From assembly GCA_020891255.1 (NCBI GenBank), contig BQFW01000006.1:2232001-2296000 (forward strand): a DNA stretch of 64,000 nt, written 5' to 3'. The notes beneath the pieces are model-generated. The model saw nothing but the letters and a program-made list of their open reading frames with translations. It was not told the DNA's origin and did not search any database. The stretch is from Entomortierella parvispora E1425. Lineage: Eukaryota; Fungi; Mortierellomycota. Each line of letters begins with the position of its first letter. Positions within the stretch are counted from its first letter, which is position 1. Of the stretch, positions 60,992 to 64,000 are shown piece after piece. The position numbers and the translations under genes are program-made.

Positions 60992-62962
60992 TTAGTCGCG
61001 ACTGGCAGAGCGGGATCTGCTTCTACGAGCAACAGGGCTGCGGGAGCGCTCTCGAGAGGGGGAGCGCTCGCGAGCAGCAACGGGCGAACGTTCTCTCACA
61101 GGGCTGCGCTCACGAGCAACGGGGGAACGGGCGGCACGGGCAGGAGAGCGTTCACGCTCACGGGGGGCAGGGCTGCGAGAGCGACGGCTGCTGTGGCGGC
61201 CACCACGATCGCCACGGTCACCACGGTCACCACGGTCACGGCTGCGCGAGCGACGGTCGCGACTGCTACCACGGCGGCCATGGCTGCGAGAGCGGGAGCG
61301 ACGACGGTCACGGCCACGACCATAGTCGCGGTCGTTTCTGTCATAAAGGTCATGGCGACCACGACGGTCGCGATCGCGATCACGTCCATAGTCTCTATCA
61401 CGACGATCTCTGTCGCGTCCACCACCACCTCCGCGACCCATATCGCGGGGTGCAGTGTCACGCGAAGCATCAAACTATGAAGTGGATGGTTCAATTAGTC
61501 ACAGGAGAAAAAAGCATGAGATCCATACATGCGTCAGGAGCTGTCAAAAGACTTACAGCACGAAGAGTCACGTTGTTGCCTCTGAGGTTCTCTCCGTCCA
61601 AAGTCTTCAAAGCGTTTTGCACATCATCAGCGTTGGCAAACTCAACAACTCTAAGTGGTGGTTCAGGTAGATAGTCAGCGTCAGAACAGGTCAACTGCAG
61701 CACCGGGAAACAATCATGGCCAAAGTACAATAATATCTTACCCTTGGCTGTCGTTGTCCTTGTTGATATCAGCAAAAGTAACCTCACCGGCCTTGCGCAT
61801 GAGGTCCTTGATGTCCTGGAGGATTCGGTCCGCGGGTCACAAGAGGTCACATAGAGATGGAGAACGAGATGGAGTAGGAGGCCATGGAAGGCAGAGGAGG
61901 TTTAGGGTCCACAGAACGGCAAGGCGGGAGGGTACATCATTCGTGGCAGATTATTCGCAGTCGGTATCATCTCGCTCGCATTAATGTCTGGCCAGGGCAG
62001 GATTCAAAACACACCCCAGTCGATTGCCCTTTGCGAGCCAATAGACCAGCTCACTTTCAAGGCCGTAGGACGATACCCATAGGTCCTCAAGATGTGGATG
62101 CATTGAGCCCTTTCTGCATGAACACAATTATGGGCTTGGCCAATGGCAGGGCTGCGCTGTCCGATTTTTTGTGGAGCTCCTCGGGCTCGATCTTTTGCCT
62201 TGCAACCATGCATATAAAAGTGGCCAAGGGCCGTCCATATGGCATCAGCTGGGGTGGCAGAAGATTTGAGCGAGAAGGTATCCTCTTAACCTCCTTGAGT
62301 AGTCGCCGTATCCGTCTTGGGATAGTCCGATCCCTGACGAATAGTCCAATGTCGACGTTCATATAGAGGGGAAGGGGGCAGGATCCAACTTGATTCACGA
62401 TACAAGGGCCAGTCCTTGAGGAAGGAAATAGTTTCGTACCTGCCAGCTGACTCCATGGGAAAGGTTCTCGATGATCAAGCGATGCTCGGTCCTCTCTGGG
62501 GGGCGGAATCTGTGAAGGGTGTAGGTCAGGTATTAATTCAAATTTCATCGATCATTCCCAAGAGTCGAGCTGGATTATCATATCCAGACATGTACCTGCG
62601 GTCGTCTCTATCGTCACGACGATCGCCACCTTCCCGTCTTCTGTCTCCACGAGCGAGTTCGACAACAAGTCTGGTTGTCAAATTAGTAGGCCAAGGGCAA
62701 GGGTATGTTAGTGGCTTGACATGTTTTGCATCTCGCATTTCAAAAGAACACCAGGGTTGTATACATACCTCTCGCCCATGAAGTCTTTGCCGTGGAAGTC
62801 ATGAACAGCATCATCGGCATCCTTAGGGTCACTGAATTCAACAAACCCAAAGCCGTTCTTGAGAGTGACCTCACGAAGGCGGCCATAGTTCTTGAAGAGG
62901 CCCTCGACATCACGGTCAGAGGCGTCTCTAGGGAGATGTCCCAAGTACACACGAGTGGACAT
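60992..62962 (-). CDS. srp2: SR splicing factor with two RRMs (Srp2 / SRSF4-5-6 family)
   Basis: MSTRVYLGHL...KNGFGFVEF (RRM1), RLIIENLSHGVSWQ|DIKDLMRKAGEV (RRM2 SWQDLKD motif), then an RS/RD tail. Five introns. Confidence 0.92.
62055..62333 (-). other. Candidate poison cassette exon in SR gene intron 3
   Basis: Acceptor ...ttcgtcag at 62334, 15 in-frame codons then TAA (62288-62286), and donor gtgagc at 62054. Confidence 0.5.
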
Positions 62963-63461
62963 GTTATAGATGGAAGAAAAGGGGAGGGGGAGCGAGGAAA
63001 GAGGAAAGAGAAAAGGGAAAAGGGGAAAGGAAAGAGGGAAGGAAGGAAGAGCGGATTTGTCACCGGTTGGATTGCGGGCGGGATGCGGATGAGGAAAAAA
63101 GAGTCTGATGAGAAGATGAGGGACAGAGAGGGAAAAAGTGGGAAAAAGTGGGGGGATGCAGGCGATGCGATGCAGGCCGTGCGGTGACGTGTCCTCTTGG
63201 CTCCCAAGGGGAGCAGTGGATGGATGGATATCCATATATATCCCCATATCCCTTGGCTGCACTTCATTCATCTCGACCCCGTCGCATCATCTCCGCACCT
63301 TCCCCATCTTTCCTCATCCTCTTCATCCTAGGGTTGTCCCGACCTGGTTCTTTCTTGCCTTTTTTTATCACATCTCCTTTCTTTTATCCAAACAGCGGGG
63401 CCAACTGTTGCACCCATAGCCACTACCTACCCCATTTCACTTTCCTTCCCCACATCTCATC

Positions 63462-63997
<536 letters not shown>

Positions 63998-64000
63998 TAG

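Overview
Eukaryotic, intron-rich fungal DNA (short GT-AG introns, mitochondrial presequences). Gene content and style suggest an early-diverging fungus such as Mortierellaceae (Mucoromycota); this is inference, not a database result. About 26 protein-coding loci and one tRNA-Leu(CAG). In order: Ste50/Ubc2-like adaptor (5' truncated), a frameshifted tricalbin-like C2 fragment, an SDR, tRNA, MVP1, an Msb2-like mucin, BPL1, an MCT-type MFS transporter, a kelch membrane protein, ILV2-ILV5-ILV6, DRE2, uS17m, three FRO/FRE-type ferric reductase paralogues with a DUF6787-like gene and an intronless LRR gene between them, CCDC43, COA6, an uncharacterised protein, RNH1, a CFEM protein, CGI121, an SRSF4/5/6-type SR protein and SRP54 (3' truncated). 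Three things stand out. (1) A 5.8-kb ILV2/ILV5/ILV6 cluster resembles bacterial ilvBNC but is built from native, intron-containing genes. (2) A putative iron-uptake island carries 11 exact ATCWGATAA (SreA-type GATA repressor) sites around two divergent reductases and an uncharacterised membrane protein. (3) A predicted poison exon lies in the SR gene. Exon boundaries and motif counts were read by eye and need RNA-seq or computational confirmation.
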